Below, one piece after another: positions 13,358-28,906 of a stretch of 64,000 nucleotides of DNA. Both the position numbers and the translations under genes were made by a program. The stretch lies in NCBI RefSeq assembly GCF_009914755.1, contig NC_060928.1; one strand, given 5' to 3'. Under the pieces are notes generated by a model. It did no database searches, had not been told where the DNA came from, and saw nothing but the letters and a program-made list of their open reading frames with translations. Each line of letters begins with the position of its first letter. Position 1 is the first letter of the stretch. This DNA comes from the human T2T-CHM13v2.0 reference genome, Homo sapiens.

Positions 13358-15547
13358 ACCATTGAACCTCTTGTGTACTGGGACATGTGACTTTGATTAA
13401 AGTTAATTAAAGTTAGTGAAATTTACTTGGCTCAGCCTTGTAAGGGCTAGCAAAAAGAAACCTTCTTAACCATCTGTAACAATGAGCAAAGAAATGAAAC
13501 AGAAACAGGAAAAATAATGTATGTATATATTGTATATATGGGATATATAGATACAGATATACAAACATAGCTATGAATATATACATATATAATATTTTAA
13601 AGATTCTCCAAGTAAATACAGTTAAGGCAGAACCTGAGTTATCATCACGAAATTCAGGAAGAATGACTGCTGTTTTGAAGCATTGAGTGCACTTTGAACA
13701 CTGAGAAAACTTGGCACAATCCATTAGCTAATGATTTTCATAAGTCTATTGTAGAGGGTCCATTCTAGTCTGTACCATCTTCTTTTAGGTCAATTGTTTC
13801 TTGATAAAAAGCAGAGTGGCATTTAGTTAAGGATACTATCAATGATGTTCCTAACCTCAGTGCAAGTGCTGTCTTAAAAAAGTTGATGTCTGGCGAGTTG
13901 TTTTGATAGGGAAGCTCTCCTAGAATTATTCTAGAAAATAACGGAAGATACTTGTTAGACATTTCTGGTCTTTTTCTAATAAGGAAGTTTATTTTAATGG
14001 GTTATCCTGAACAGGTAGCTTTAGACTAAATTCATTTAGAGCCTTCTCAGCATCAGAATCAATTACAGGCCATCAGGCATAATTCTGAAAAGATTATCAT
14101 GAAAATGATCCCTTTTTGTGTGTAATATGGTCAGGATGATGTGATGACAGTGTTCTAGAATTACAATTTAATTTTTTTCTTTAAAGGTACACTTTATAGC
14201 AGATAGGACAAATGGCTCTTTTGGAACTTCTTCAGCCAGTTTCAGTATTGATCTTTATACAAACAAGTCTGCTGTCTACACAGTTAACTGCAATTTGATC
14301 AGGTTGAAAAGATCATTAATAAGGTCTACTAGCTGCATATTTTCCTAAGCAAATGTTCAGTGGCAGGTGGTTCGGCACATTAGTATTCAGCATTGCTTTT
14401 CTGGTTTACACCTGTGGGTGAAAACGTCATGGCTCTTCTGTAAAGATAATCTACTTGAGAATATGCTTTTCTTAGAAATAAGGTTAGTGATTGGTACTTG
14501 GTAAAGCCATCTTGATAAAACCATCATGAAGGTGGAAGCAATGGATAATGGCTTTTGGTAGGTATATGTGATTTTTTTTTCTTGAGATATTAATACAATT
14601 TCTAGGAACAATTCTTAGAACATCAAGGCTATTTGAGCTCCAGCACCTGATGTAAAATGTTGATGATAAGAACCAATAATTTATATATGACATGATGTGA
14701 AACAGGTTTTTAATTAAATTAAGAGTGGATTTAAACTCTGTTGTTCAGCCTGTTTTTAAAAAATAGACTCCCACATTCATGTCAAGGAGGTAAAGTGTTC
14801 TGTAGTAGAATAAAGTGAAATAATCCACATTGCTTCTTTGAAACCATAGTTTCTTGTTACAAGTAGAGCTTTGGACTGTGGCATTTTAAATCACTTAGCA
14901 ATGAAATACAAAAAGAAAAAAAATGAAGGATATGTGAAGCCTCGTGGTATAAGGCATCAATTGCTCCTTCTATACCAAAAGAGGATATAATATCAAGTCC
15001 AGCATTCCATAATATAACTTGTTTACAACTTATATTTGTTAAGGGATTTGTTAAGGGTTTTCACTTATGCCTAATGTCCTGAAAGTATATTATCAAGACA
15101 CAACAGTACCTCAAACATTTTGAATTTTGAAATAATTTTTCAGTAATGAATATGCTCCTTAATGCTTTAGTAATTTCATGTTCTCTGCATATATGTAAAA
15201 TATATATGAGTGTTTCTCTCTCACTAGCATGTGAAGTGATTTACCATGTTTTTTATTTGCAGACATTTCTATCTGAAATGTCCAAGTTGTCTCTCCTTTA
15301 TCAACTAATAAGCACTTGAAGAGCACTGATAATGAATATAATTTTGAAATGATCATATGCTAGCCCTCTGAATATTCTCATTCTCAAAGCAGAATATTAA
15401 GATGTGTCAGTTGAATTATATGTGGCTGAATTAGTTGAATTGAAACCATGTGAGTAAACTTTTGAATGGCCAAAGAAGAGCTGATAAACTTATTAAAGGA
15501 AGAAAACACTTCTGCTTCCCAGACACATATGCACTTTTGCACACACA

Positions 15548-15970
15548 ATATCAGTGAAGTTGCTTTTGTTTGAAAGTGAGAAAATCCAACTCAAATTCGC
15601 CAAAACTAAAATAAGGAATTTAATCTCTCTGGTAATTGGGCTTTCAAAGAGTGAGGCTTGCTTCAGAACTAAAAAGTTCATGTTCCACTATAAAGGCTAT
15701 GTCTCACACCATCACTGTAATTCTGCTTGCTTCTGTGATTGGCTCCTTTTTCAGATAATTTCTTCCAGATGTCAACAATATGACTACGGGCATCTTCAAA
15801 CCTGTATTTTTCATAGAACTCATATTCTTGTAGAAGTAGTGTTCCTTCTCTCCATGAGCACTGCTCATCGGTCATCAGGGAACAATCTGATTGTGCCTTC
15901 TGACATGCTTGTTAAAACCCTCTGAATGGCCAGACCTGGGTAATAGATTCACCTCTCTGATTTTAGAGGT
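15548..15970 (-). mobile_element. Ancient MLT1-type (MaLR) LTR
   Basis: TTTGTTTGAAAGTGAGAAAATCCAACTCAAA...AAGGAATTTA...TGGCCAGACCTGGGT resembles antisense MLT1K/L. Confidence 0.5.
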
Positions 15971-18066
15971 ACTGGAGAGAGTAAGCCCTTCCCCAAACAA
16001 TTTAAACTAAGCAGAATTAATATTGAATGGTATATGGTATCTGGAAACAAGGGATGCATTAGGCATATAATTTTATGACACAATAAAAAAAACTTCTAAA
16101 TCTACTCTAGTAGAGGTGTTTTGTTTTCTATAAAGATGTCCTTGGTGTCATTTTTATTGCTGCTTTGCTTGTTTCCCCAAAATATGATTTTTAAAAGAAA
16201 AATCCTTTATGAATAAGAATTACCACCTCTAATCCCACATGAGGCAAGCTAATATATCTATCAGATACTGTTTCCTTGAAGGAAGAAAATGAGACTATAA
16301 TATGAAGAATTTTCTCCTTTACATTTTTATTTCTATTCGCTAGTGGTATCAGTGAGAATCTTTAAAACATTCAAATTAAGCAAAATCTATGAAAACTCCC
16401 CAGTGATAGTACATAGCCCAGTGAACATTTAAATGGAAAAAGTTTTTTTTTTGTTTAAGCATAAAGTAAATTATCTGAAATTGATTGAGCTTGATTTTTC
16501 ATACAGGAGTTATGTGAAAAAATTATTTGAGCCTTTGTTTATGGAAGAGTCAAAAGTATTGTTTGAAGTTAATAGTGAAATTCTAAACTATGAATTTTTA
16601 TATTCTATTAAAGTCACCTCTTCCACTTTTCCCCATTTCAAGTGTTCTCCAGAATTTTAATGAGTATTAGCTGGTACATGTTGTTAGGTAAACAGGTCTG
16701 ATTTAATACATAAATTTTCTGAATATTTAATCTTGGAGTCTGTGATATGAGAGAAAGCTCTATTCATCTATGACATAGAGCTCTATTTGTCTTTCACTGA
16801 CGTCTCTCTCACTCATTCACTCACTCTTTCTTTGCTTTAGTAAGAGCTACCTTGAAATGTCATGATATTTTTTATATAATAAAGGAAACCAAAATGGAAA
16901 TATAATAGGAACCAAATGATTCATTTATTCCTACGTTAACTTGAAATAATGAAATGGAATGACCATTTTAGAAATATTAAGATATCTGTTAAAGAAGAAA
17001 ACATAAAACTATTAAATAATATGGCATAACTATGAAATGATATTTCTACTAAAGTCTAATACACAGTATCTTAAAATCAATCAAACTCTATACTGTTACT
17101 TTGTAAATATTTTCACTTCTATGACAATTTTTACTTTTTATAGACAACTATAATATAAATACCTAGTACCTCCAAATTATGCTAATAATGCTTCCTATTC
17201 TTTGAGTGTAAAACTAAATTTTAACTTTTCCAAATTCCTTTGATTAATGCTGCAAACATAAAAGTAGGATGAATCTGTCAAAAATGAACAATTTGCACAA
17301 ACAATTCCAATTTCTCAGGTGACAGCATTTTAGCACACAGAGGGGAGTTGTCAAAATTTCACTATAGGAAGTTGTATTCTATACAATGATATATTTTAAA
17401 TTATCTTGAAAAGAATTAGGTGGTAAAATTCACTGTCATCATCCTGGGAGAATATCCATATTTTTTAATTTCTCTATGTGCCAATCTGTTCTCTTTATAC
17501 TTAGGTCATTCTGATCCCATTTTTGTAAGCCTTGCAATACCTTTGCAAGGAACTTCCCACATTCAGGTCTTTGGGGGCATATATTGATCTCAATCAGCTA
17601 ACTAACATGCTGTCAAATCTTGCTGGGCCATCCTCCTGACAGATCCTCTCACAGATCACTTGGATTGATGAAACAGAAGAGGAGATTCTGAACTAATTAT
17701 AAGGAAAATAAGAGTCCCCTTGTCTCTTTTCTTTATAAGAACGTTAATTGGACACACAAGCATTTATATATATTCTGCTAAAAACCTCCTCCTCTGATTC
17801 TTCATCAGTTTGCTTAACCATATCATTATAGGTGTAAAGAACTTCTTTGAACACTGGAACCATACTGGAGATATTAAAAATTTTTCACTCTTCTCTCAGC
17901 TAAGTTGAGCTACACTTAGTTTATTACGACTCTGGTATTGAAAGACCTCATTCTAATTCCCTTATAGATCTGCCTTCTTTAAGGTCTACTGACTCAAGAG
18001 CTTATATGAAGAATGCCTATTGGCCATTATTTGAGAGTAATACATGATAAATAGCTTTTACTTTGA

Positions 18067-18540
<474 letters not shown>

Positions 18541-19649
18541 TGTTTCCTGTGCCTTCAACATGCTTTCTTATTCTGCTTTTTGAATTAGTGCTACTGAATG
18601 TTTTCTGATCTATCAGCAGGAAAAGAAAATTTACCACATTATGTTTTTCTTAGCCTGCCAAGATAGGATTTAAAGCAGAACTTTAAAAACATAAGCACAG
18701 CAGGCCAACTTCCTTGGCTCTGTCCTCTAGGGAACAAACCTCTTTGTTGTGACTTCCCTGGTTTATAGTTTTACTCTTGTTGTTAGCTTCTGTGGTTCTA
18801 GAGGCAAATTTTCTCCTGCTAGTTCTCCTTTGAAATAATTCTAATATTATTTTTCCAGCACCATAACCCTTTATCCTAAACACATAATTTCAATATTTTC
18901 TTTATACCAGCAACATTTTCAGTTCTGTTAAATAGATGGATAATAGAAATATGGTGCCAATTAATCCAAGTTTTTCATATTATAGTTTACTATAATGATA
19001 CAATTGCCCCCTACCTAATAATTGTATTATTTTGGAAAAATAAACTGAGAAAAGTACATTAGGAGAGTATTTTTAAATAGCTACTTTACATAGGGATATT
19101 GGGTTAAAATCACTGCTTGGTGAATTGTTATATCCTTCATTTGTTAGAGACCTTTTTAAGAACTCCATGAATGTTTTCTGCTAGAAAATGGGTAGACAGA
19201 GAGTTAACATCGTTATCAAATTTGCAACACTTCTCAATTAAACAGAATTAGTTGCATATAAATTTAACTTTTGAAATTTCCCCAGAATTTCAATGTTTCT
19301 CTTTTTTATGATTTGTAATGTAGCAATTTTAACATTTGCCTTACTTTCTTTTATGTCATTGATGTGTGTTTTCACCAGAAATACACTGAGCTCTTACGAT
19401 GTCTAAGAGATTCTGGTGGGTCCTAGGATGACAGAGTACACATATGAGCTGCAGGTGGTACTTCCAACCCTCGTGGAGTTTTACATCTGATTCATCCTAG
19501 TTAGTCATCACTGAATGTTTTCATTTAGGTTACTATTCCAATAAAGGCAGGTTAGAAAAGTGAAAGGATGTTTTGGTTTCATTGTCTTTAAAATTATAGC
19601 AAATGTTAAAATATTTTAGAAATTCTAGAATAATTAGTGGGTAGCCAAG

Positions 19650-19800
19650 GTGTGTGTGTGTATGTGTGTATTTATGTTTATATATAAACAAAAGATATAT
19701 AATGTATATAAATACAATATATAAATTATATTGCACATACTTGCTAATATAAATAGCAAGTATTTGTATGTAATACATATATTATAAACACATATTTGCT
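19650..19800. repeat. (TG)n and AT-rich low-complexity tract
   Basis: Read directly from the sequence. Confidence 0.7.
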
Positions 19801-20999
19801 ATTAGTATTTTTCTATCTAATATACAATTCCTGGAGCATACAAAATTATAAGTATTAAATACATTTTCATAACAGAATTTGAGTATAGAGCCAATTTCAT
19901 CATTTTTGCTTCCTTGGAATTTGATATTTAGGCTGCATATTGAAAGGGTTAAATAATTGGTATTTTCTTTTGTTGTAAAGTTTTGATAGGTGAATTGATT
20001 TGTAAGTAAAAATACAGATTCAAGAAATTCACAAATTATGCCCTTTATCTAAATTTTGGCATAAATAAAATGTCACAGAAAATGCCTCATCTTTTTCTTT
20101 TTTCAAAAGTACTATATAATACGATGAATCGTATTTTCAAATATCACAAGAGAATTGGGAGTATAAATGTGACAAATAATTTTGTCTTGCATAGTCACAA
20201 TGTCTGCTTTGTGTTTGTTCCTCTACTAGTCTTTCCTGAGTCACCCCAAAGAGATTTTACTTCTCAGATATCAATATTATTTTTGTCTTTCTTATAAACA
20301 AGAAATAATAAAAATAAGCATTTTTAAACACCTACTGTGAGTCACACACATACTGATTGGGCTTCCTTTCCTTTAGCAAATGGATTTCTCAATTGAAATC
20401 AATAATTTTATATTTTTGATTATGAGTTTCAAGAGTTAAGAATTCACCAGTTTATTTTCAGTACTTGGTATCAATCACATAGTAGACCCACATTACATAT
20501 TGTCCAAATGAATAAATTAGTAATGAGGGAATTAATGAAAGGTCATTCACATTTTTTCTCTTTTGCTATTATTTGTGTTGAGGTGTTATTTTGCTCAATC
20601 TTTGCAAAAAATAATTGCTCTAATTTTTTTTAACTTTTTTTTTTTAGTTTTTTTGTAGTAATGCTTGCTACAATAGATATTTGAGACGTCATGGAATATA
20701 TTTTTTAATGGTGCTTTCAAAATTAACATTTGTCATTTAACCACCAAGTCTATTTTTCACGGTTATGAAAGAAAGAAAGCCATTTGTATGGTTTTATTCC
20801 CCTGTGTATCTGTGAGTACTTGAAATTTATCATAAATATAAAGCATTTCTCACGCCAATGTAGTTTCAACACTGGGACCAAGTGATTCTTCAGGCTAAAA
20901 GATTTTCATCTCTTTCAGATTAGTTGATTTCTTCCTAACAGTTGCTGTATCAAATTTCACACTAAATTCATTTTCAAAATGTATTTTCTTAATTTTTAG

Positions 21000-21225
21000 G
21001 TATCATAATGGTATAAAGAAGCCCCTATATTTTAGAGATGCATTCTCGAATAATTTACAGATGAAATTATATGTCCTGGATTTGCTTCAGAATATTCTGG
21101 GATGGGGAAAGCAGCATAGGAAGAAGGAGATGAAATAATATAGCCCCAAATTGATTGTTAAAGCTGAGTGATAAGCGTGTACTTTTATTTTTTATTTTAT
21201 TGGAACATCTCTGAAGTTTTAATTC
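21000..21225 (+). mobile_element. L1MC/L1ME 3' fragment
   Basis: TTTTAGAGATGCATTCTCGAATAATTTACAGATGAAAT...GGATTTGCTTCAGAATATTCTGG...TTGATTGTTAAAGCTGAGTGAT. Confidence 0.65.
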
Positions 21226-21339
21226 TTTATTAGTCATCTTTTTGGCATGTGGGTCCCTGTCCCTTATCTGTCTCACTCCTGTGATCTGTAGGCATCCACT
21301 CAAAATGTTCCTCCTGTCCCCCATACACTGCCACAGTCT

Positions 21340-21596
21340 TTCACTGGACTATGACATGCTCTTCCCTCAGATCTCAGCTTTCTCCAGGTACTGATTGTCC
21401 ATTACTTTACTCACCTCAGTTAGGTGCCGCTGCTGTGCTCTTCTCTCTCTCCTCTATCAAGGTACATATCAGACTTTCCTGTAACTGCTTAGTCCTGCAC
21501 CTAGACTGAAATCTCTCAATAGAGGGACAGTGTTATCTTGTTCATATGGTATCCTTAATACCGACCACAGAGTGGGAGCGGATGCTGAATAAATAC
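21340..21596 (+). mobile_element. L2 3' end
   Basis: CTAGACTGAAATCTCTCAATAGAGGGACAGTGTTATCTTGTTCA...GCTGAATAAATA. Confidence 0.6.
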
Positions 21597-22849
21597 ACAG
21601 ACAAACACATAGTTACCTTGCTTCAAATTACTCCATGTTTTCTGTGCAGCAAGTAAAATCCGCTGAGAGGCCCATCAGTAACCTTTGCACCTCCATCAGT
21701 GACTTTATGTTTCGGATAAGTCAAGCATATAGTTGTTTCTCTGCTACCTCATACTTCACTAAATTCACTGCAAATGTGTAGGATTATTAAGATGAAGGGG
21801 GGAAAAAAGAAACCAGAATAAAAGGATAGGTATCAAATTGACTTTACACAATTTTTGTTTGATGTTGACTTTCCATTGGTGTTTACATCATCACCTGAGA
21901 GCCGACTTTATAAATGCCAGATGGTTATAGTCAGAGTGGGACCTGAAGACAAAAAAAATCAAGCTGTTATAATGCTAGGCATGTCCAATTTTCCATCAGC
22001 ACAAACAACACATTGACCTATGGGTTTTTGTGTTTGTTTGTTTGTTTGTTTGTTTCAGCAGTAGAGATTATTTCCAACAAGAAATCGGGCTTTTTTTTTT
22101 TTTTTAAGGATCAGAGCTACTTTCATAGTATTTTAAAAACTTAGAAAAATTCCACATGGCATTTTTAAATGTAGTATGGTGTGGGTTCCCTCTTCCCCAC
22201 ATGGAGTTATTATTGTAGTAGAGCAGAGAGATATAACTTACTAACATCCAAAACGTTATAAAAGCAAAATGATAATATTATTAAAAACCTCAAGAGTAAA
22301 AATATGGCATCCATTTTATTGTCTTTAAAGAGCAGAAATGTCATATCTCTAGAGTAAAATAATCATGATCAACAGTTGAAAAATTTAAAGCAAACAACAA
22401 CAACAAAAAGGCATAAAATCTGCCTGGAGGACCATCAGCTATTAAACTTGTTTGCAGCACTATATAGAAAATGGCGAAAAGTTGAGTTGAAAAATGGTAT
22501 AACTGTAGAAATCAATGGGGATTTTATGGTAGTAAAATGTGGTTTTACTTAAAGAAGAAAGTTGTGTTTATTTTCCCAATTGCATAACTTCATGGTTTAT
22601 TGATATCTTCTTTTATCCATTGGTCAGTGGTGACATTATTAATATTTCTATAAATATGCATAGAATTTAAAATAAATGGGTTAGGGGAAAAGCATCTGAT
22701 AGCAGCATATTTAGTTCTTTAAGTCTTACTTATTAAAATTAGGTTTGAGCCTTTACCTATGCATTTATCCTTTTAGAGTTTCTCATAAAAGTCAGATATT
22801 ACCTCTTGTCATCTCTTAAACTCTGTAAGTGCTGTTCATGAAAATTAAA

Positions 22850-23102
22850 TTAGGCCTTCCTTGAGCACCCTATTTAAAATTGCTAGCTGCTCATCGCACT
22901 CCAGATACCCTTTAACCTAAGTTGCTCCCATTGACCTTAGCATCTTGCACATATGATATAATTCATGTATTTATTATGTTTACTGCTTGCTTTCTTCTCA
23001 CTCTGCATAAGAATATGGACTCTCATTTATTATGGTGTTTTATGTATGCCAAACACCGAGAAAGGCACCTGTGCCTCATGAATTAATGAACAAAAGAATG
23101 AA
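22850..23102 (+). mobile_element. L2 3' end
   Basis: GGCCTTCCTTGAGCACCCTATTTAAAATTGC...TGAATTAATGAACAAAAGAATGAA. Confidence 0.6.
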
Positions 23103-23109
23103 CTTCTAG

Positions 23110-23395
23110 TAATAATAACAGCTAAAAATTACTAAGTACTTTTCTGTGTACTAAAAACTGTTTTAATTACTACCTACGTATAAATTCATCTAATCTTCAG
23201 AATGCCCTTATGAGGTCAGTGTTGTTATAATCCTCATTAAACAAACGAGGAATTTAAGGCACATAGAAGTGAAGCAACTTGATAATTACTTAAATAGTTG
23301 GGTTATATGACTAATAAATGGCAAAATCTGGGTAGCAACACAGGCTGTCCTGCTTCTGAAGCCATGATCTTACCCATTAAACTAAACTGCCTCTA
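23110..23395 (-). mobile_element. MIR
   Basis: AATAATAACAGCTAA...CCCTTATGAGGT...GAGGAATTTAAGGCACATAGAAGTGAAGCAACTT. Confidence 0.75.
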
Positions 23396-23619
23396 GTTTG
23401 TAAACCTAGCGTTATGGGGAAAAATGTACATATTTTCATAAATAAATAGCTCTCAATATTTTTAATGTCTCAACACACATGAAGGATTATGCCCCACGTA
23501 CCTTGAAAATAATGCCATTCTAAGAGAGTCTTGAGAGGTAAGAGGATGAGGATTATTGGCAGTTCTCTGCAGGCTAGCTGTAAAGCATCTGCTTTCTAAC
23601 CAGCCTCTGATACCACTGT

Positions 23620-23752
23620 TGACAACCACCACCTTGATTTGACTTTTGAAAAAGTCCCCAACTTCTCAAGATGTCAGTTTTCTCATCCTAAAATGTAGAT
23701 TCTGGAATATAAGCTATCAAATGTCTTTCTCCGTCCTAGTTCCATGGTTCTA
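23620..23752 (+). mobile_element. MIR3/MIRc fragment
   Basis: TCAGTTTTCTCATCCTAAAATG core. Confidence 0.5.
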
Positions 23753-24329
23753 TAAAGTATTTCTATGCTCAGATGTACAGGGAAAGTATTGACAGTAGAA
23801 AGAGAGAAGAGCCTTTTCCTGTACCAAATGCTGGTCAAGTCCTTTTTCTATTTGAACTTTAGTAGAAATTGCACAGGGTTTCTCAATAAAATAGAAATTA
23901 AATGAAAGTTGGAAAAGAGATTGAAGATAGAAAAATAAAGGCTTTTCCAGAATCCATAATGGCCTTTGGATTTTTGCTACAGCACTGGGCTTTATTGAGC
24001 AGGCCCTTGAAATTTTTACTTCTCTGGCATACCTGACAGTGGAGAGTCCACGTTTTCATTTCAGAACAAAAGGTTTTTTTATGTGTTTTTCTGTTCATTA
24101 GAGCATTTTTCTCCTTCTACCCTCTCAATGGGGACATAATTTCTGGCTCAAATTCTCTGCTTTATCTTTCTATACTCAGGGAGATTGTTCCTTTCCCAGA
24201 TTTTATAGTCATCATAATATTAATCATTTCAAAATCTGGTCAATGCTGACTTAACTATACTATCACCTCAAAAACAAACAAACAAACAAAAACCTCAAAA
24301 TGTCCCCATGTCATTGGGACCTTTATATC

Positions 24330-24946
24330 CTGTTATCGAAAAGTAAGATAGTACAGCCTCTTCGGAAATCAGTCTGACAGTTTCTTAAAAGTTTACCCAT
24401 AACATTACCATATGACACAGTAAATCCACTCATGGGAATATATCCAAGAAAAATGCACATAAAAATTTGTACATAGAGGCTCAAAGCAGCATTGTTCACA
24501 ATAGTCAAGAAGTGGAAATGATTCTAAATGTTCATCAATTGATGTATGGATAAATTAAATGTAGTATGTCTATGCAATAGACTATTATTTAGGAAAAAGG
24601 AGTAAAGTACTGCTTTGTGTTACAACAATGGATGAGTTTTTTTTTAATTATGTTGAGTAAAAGAAGCTGATCACAAAATATACAAACATATATTTTATAA
24701 TTTCATTTATAGGAAAAGTCCAGAATAGGCAAATCTACAGAAACAGAAGGTAGATGAGTGGCTGCCTAGAGCTGATATGGCTTGGGAGGAAATGAGGAGC
24801 GACTACTAATGAACTTAGGATTTCTTTTGGTTTTGATGAAAATGTTCTAAAATTGGTTGTAGTGTTTGCATAACTGTGAATATATTAAAAACTATTGAAT
24901 TGTTTACATTAAATGGGTGAGCTGTGGTATGTGAATTATGCTTAAT
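24330..24946 (+). mobile_element. L1MB-like ORF2 end and 3'UTR
   Basis: TACCATATGACACAGTAAATCCACTC...GCAGCATTGTTCACAATAG...CCAGAATAGGCAAATCTACAGAAACAGAAGGTAGAT...TGATGAAAATGTTCTAAAATT. Confidence 0.9.
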
Positions 24947-26295
24947 TCAGATATATATACATATGGATGTAGTGTGTCTATATCTCCATATAAATGTGTC
25001 ATTTTACCTAGAGTAAATGTAATCGAAACTAATTCGCAATCTACCCTGCCATTTCTCTATTGCCACTATTCTTTGGTATTAAAATGCACATGTATTAACA
25101 AAGTACATAGTGATGGGGGTTGTATGAAAGGAGATTAGGTATGTATGAGTGTTTTGTGGTTATTGTCTTAGGTGATGAAAGCAATGTTCCAGTATTATAC
25201 AGAAAACCAATATTATTCTATATGCTAAGGTTATTTTGAGCCAATATAAAGTAAATGATATATTTGTATTTACAATATTACATACGATATTACGATATTG
25301 TAGTTACGATATTTACAAGATCTACAAAGTTTCAAACCAATCTGTATGTAATGACACAGGGCCTTAAAAATAGAAATGTCTTTGCAACCAATATGTTACA
25401 TAGGACAAGAGGTGATTTTATAATTAAGATTATCTGAAGTTCTCAATAAACTGTATTGAACATGAACTGCTAACAGTACACAATTAGTGTCTTATTCTTT
25501 TTATAATAATGTTTTTAGTATTCCACTGAAACATGGCCAGTGAATGTGCAATATTCTTAGTTACCATTATGAGGGACTCTGTATATTACAGTCTCTCCAC
25601 TGTCTCTGCTGTTAGCTGGAAAAATGCTGGGAGCAAAGGCAGCTACTATCAACAGGGAGCCATATTAATTATTTGAAATGTGCCTCATAAGAGGAATCAG
25701 CGGAGCTTATTACAAGTCGAATATTACTTGAAATGGGAAAGTTACTCCAACTGTTATCATAATCTATGTATCATTAACTTTCCTTGTTTAGGAAAAGAGA
25801 TTAACAACCCTGTAAATTGCTATAGTAAATGTGTGAAATATATAACTGCATATTCCCATTGTAGAAAGAAAGTAGTGGGTCCTCCACTCCCACTCAAACC
25901 TTCTGTATATAAAGTACCTTTAGAAATTGAACTGTGTAATTATGCTTTCTTGCCTCAAAATCCTAATTGCTTATTATTATCAGTATACAAACAATGGCTA
26001 CTTTGAAAATTAGATAATTCTTTTATATTTAAGCTAACAATTTTTCAAATCAGCATCTTGGCCTTAAAATTCACTTTAATGCTTTCATCTCATAAAACAG
26101 AAAGTGTATTACAAATTTGTGTGTTAGCTAACAAAATGTTTTGCAAGGAAGACAGAATTAATCCATCTACTTCCCTTTTAAATTGTGGTTAGTTGTTTTT
26201 TTCATTAAATACAGTAGGAATACTTTTGTGTTCAAGTAGTGGAGGTGAATCTTAAAGGTAAAATATAAATTAATCATAATTGTAAAGTGATCTAA

Positions 26296-26928
<633 letters not shown>

Positions 26929-27989
26929 CTTTAATTGGGTGATGTTCGGATGACACATTGTTTTTATGTTTGGGCAGATATGTCTACTCTTTAATTTAGG
27001 CTATTAATTCAGTTTGGAGTGAAATAGTGTTATATCATAAAAACAATTTAAAAAGGGAAAAGACATACGTATGATGTCTTCTTAACAATTTGTTTTGGGT
27101 CCACAGGGCAGGCACATCATGGACAAGTTTCATACATTTCTCCGCCAATTCACCTTGACTCTGAGCTAGAAAGACCCTCTGTTAAAGGTGAGTTTTTCTT
27201 TATATGAAGAAAAAGTAACTCTGCTCATTCTTTGATGAAAGCAATGATGGTTGTACATATGTATTTTGTAATGCAGTGCCTGTTCAAAAAGCAGGGGTAA
27301 AATGAAGTATGTGAGTAATCTGGAGATAAAGCAAGTCTCATTTATAAACAAAAATGTGAAATATTTCTCTGAGAAATGTTTGTAAACTAAAATACAATGG
27401 CTTCAATAAATCAGTATTTATAGTGATTCAACTAGTGGAGGACTAGTTGAATACCAATTTAGATTTAGAAATTACCAGATAACCGTTAACTTTTTTACTG
27501 GGACCTTCTTTTTCTACTATCTTATTTTTTTTTTTTTACATTAAGATGTCTTAATCTAAATCATATTGACAGATTTTTTTCCCCTGAAAAGTAATATTTT
27601 ATTATTATTCTAAGTCATTTTATATTAACATCATTTAGTTTTTAAAATATGTGTTAAAATTATGTATTTTTAAATTGGTGCCACCTGTTTCAGTTAAAGA
27701 TTTTTGTAAATAGTCATACAAAATAAAAATTAAAGGTAACATTTACTGTCTCATAATCTAAATACAAATTTAATCCTCCTGCTTTTAAATAAATATTTAC
27801 CAATGATTTTCAAAATGTTTCTTGTTCTCACAGCTGATATGTGGACATGCTTTTTAATTTTATAAATACCAAATATTCCAAGGTTAACTTTTTGGTTTTG
27901 AGTAATGCAGTATATTTTCTTACATTTTCAACAGTATTAATTACTTAATAAATTAAAACTCATGAGGTCTGACGTTTCTGAACATGTTT

Positions 27990-28335
27990 TCTGTATAGCC
28001 TATTTCCTCTCCTGGGAGTCTCTTATCCCTTCTTGCCTAATTGATAGGTTTCCACCAACATTTCAAGGCCCTCCTCTATATTAGTTTCTCTATTAAGTTT
28101 TCCCTGACTGTGTGATAGGGTGGACCTATGTGCACGTGTCAGTTTTCCAAATGCCGCCTGTGCTTGCCTCAGTTATTACACACCTAAGACACTGGATTTT
28201 ATTTTGTGGCATACATGATCCTTTCCCTTATCTGTATGCTCTGTGAGGGCACAGAATGTCATATTTATTATTTTTCCCTGAGCCATCGGGTCTGCGCTTG
28301 GCACATAATGGAAACTCATACAATGATTTCTAAGG
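27990..28335 (+). mobile_element. L2 3' end
   Basis: TGCTCTGTGAGGGCACAG...CTTGGCACATAATGGAAACTCA. Confidence 0.55.
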
Positions 28336-28439
28336 TACTGACAGTGAAGGTGACCGCCTAGATCCTGAAGGATGCATCTGTGCTTTATTAGAGAAAAAGA
28401 GAGGAAAAATGATAAGCGAATCCCATGAAAGGGAAGAAA

Positions 28440-28900
28440 AATGAGATAAAACATAAATATGTGAAGGTATTTTTAAGGAATTGTGCTGGATGCACAGTAA
28501 AAGGGGAGCGGTTCTAGAGGAAAAGACTAGAGAGATGTAACGAGGCAGATTGTGATGGATTCTGTATCCCATACCAAGGAGTTTGTGTTTTATCCTGGAT
28601 AAAAACATGAAATATTTTAAATTATTTTTCCCCAGGTCAGTTGGGTGTTACATCATAACATTATCAGTTCGAGATATGAGAAACATATTTCTGGTGTTAG
28701 TGTAGGTAATAAGCTGATTGGAGAAGAGATTGGCAGAAGGAGGCTTTTCAGCAGTTCAGATAAAAGATGATGGGGAAATTAGGTGTGTGTCCTGGCAATG
28801 TGAGGATCTGATAAGTTATTTTGAAGAGACATGACATTTCAATGAATAGATACAGGGAAAGGGGCAGAAATGCCTCTGAGGTTTCTATATTGATTAACTG
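28440..28900 (-). mobile_element. L2 fragment
   Basis: Purine-rich GAGGCAGATTGTGATGG...AAGGAGTTTGTGTTTTATCCT, typical of antisense L2. Confidence 0.45.
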
Positions 28901-28906
28901 CTTGGA

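Noticed and set aside
13780-14350. Plus-strand acceptor-like sites at ~13788 and ~14186
   Set aside because: Frames close quickly or give unrecognised peptides, and there is no convincing paired donor.
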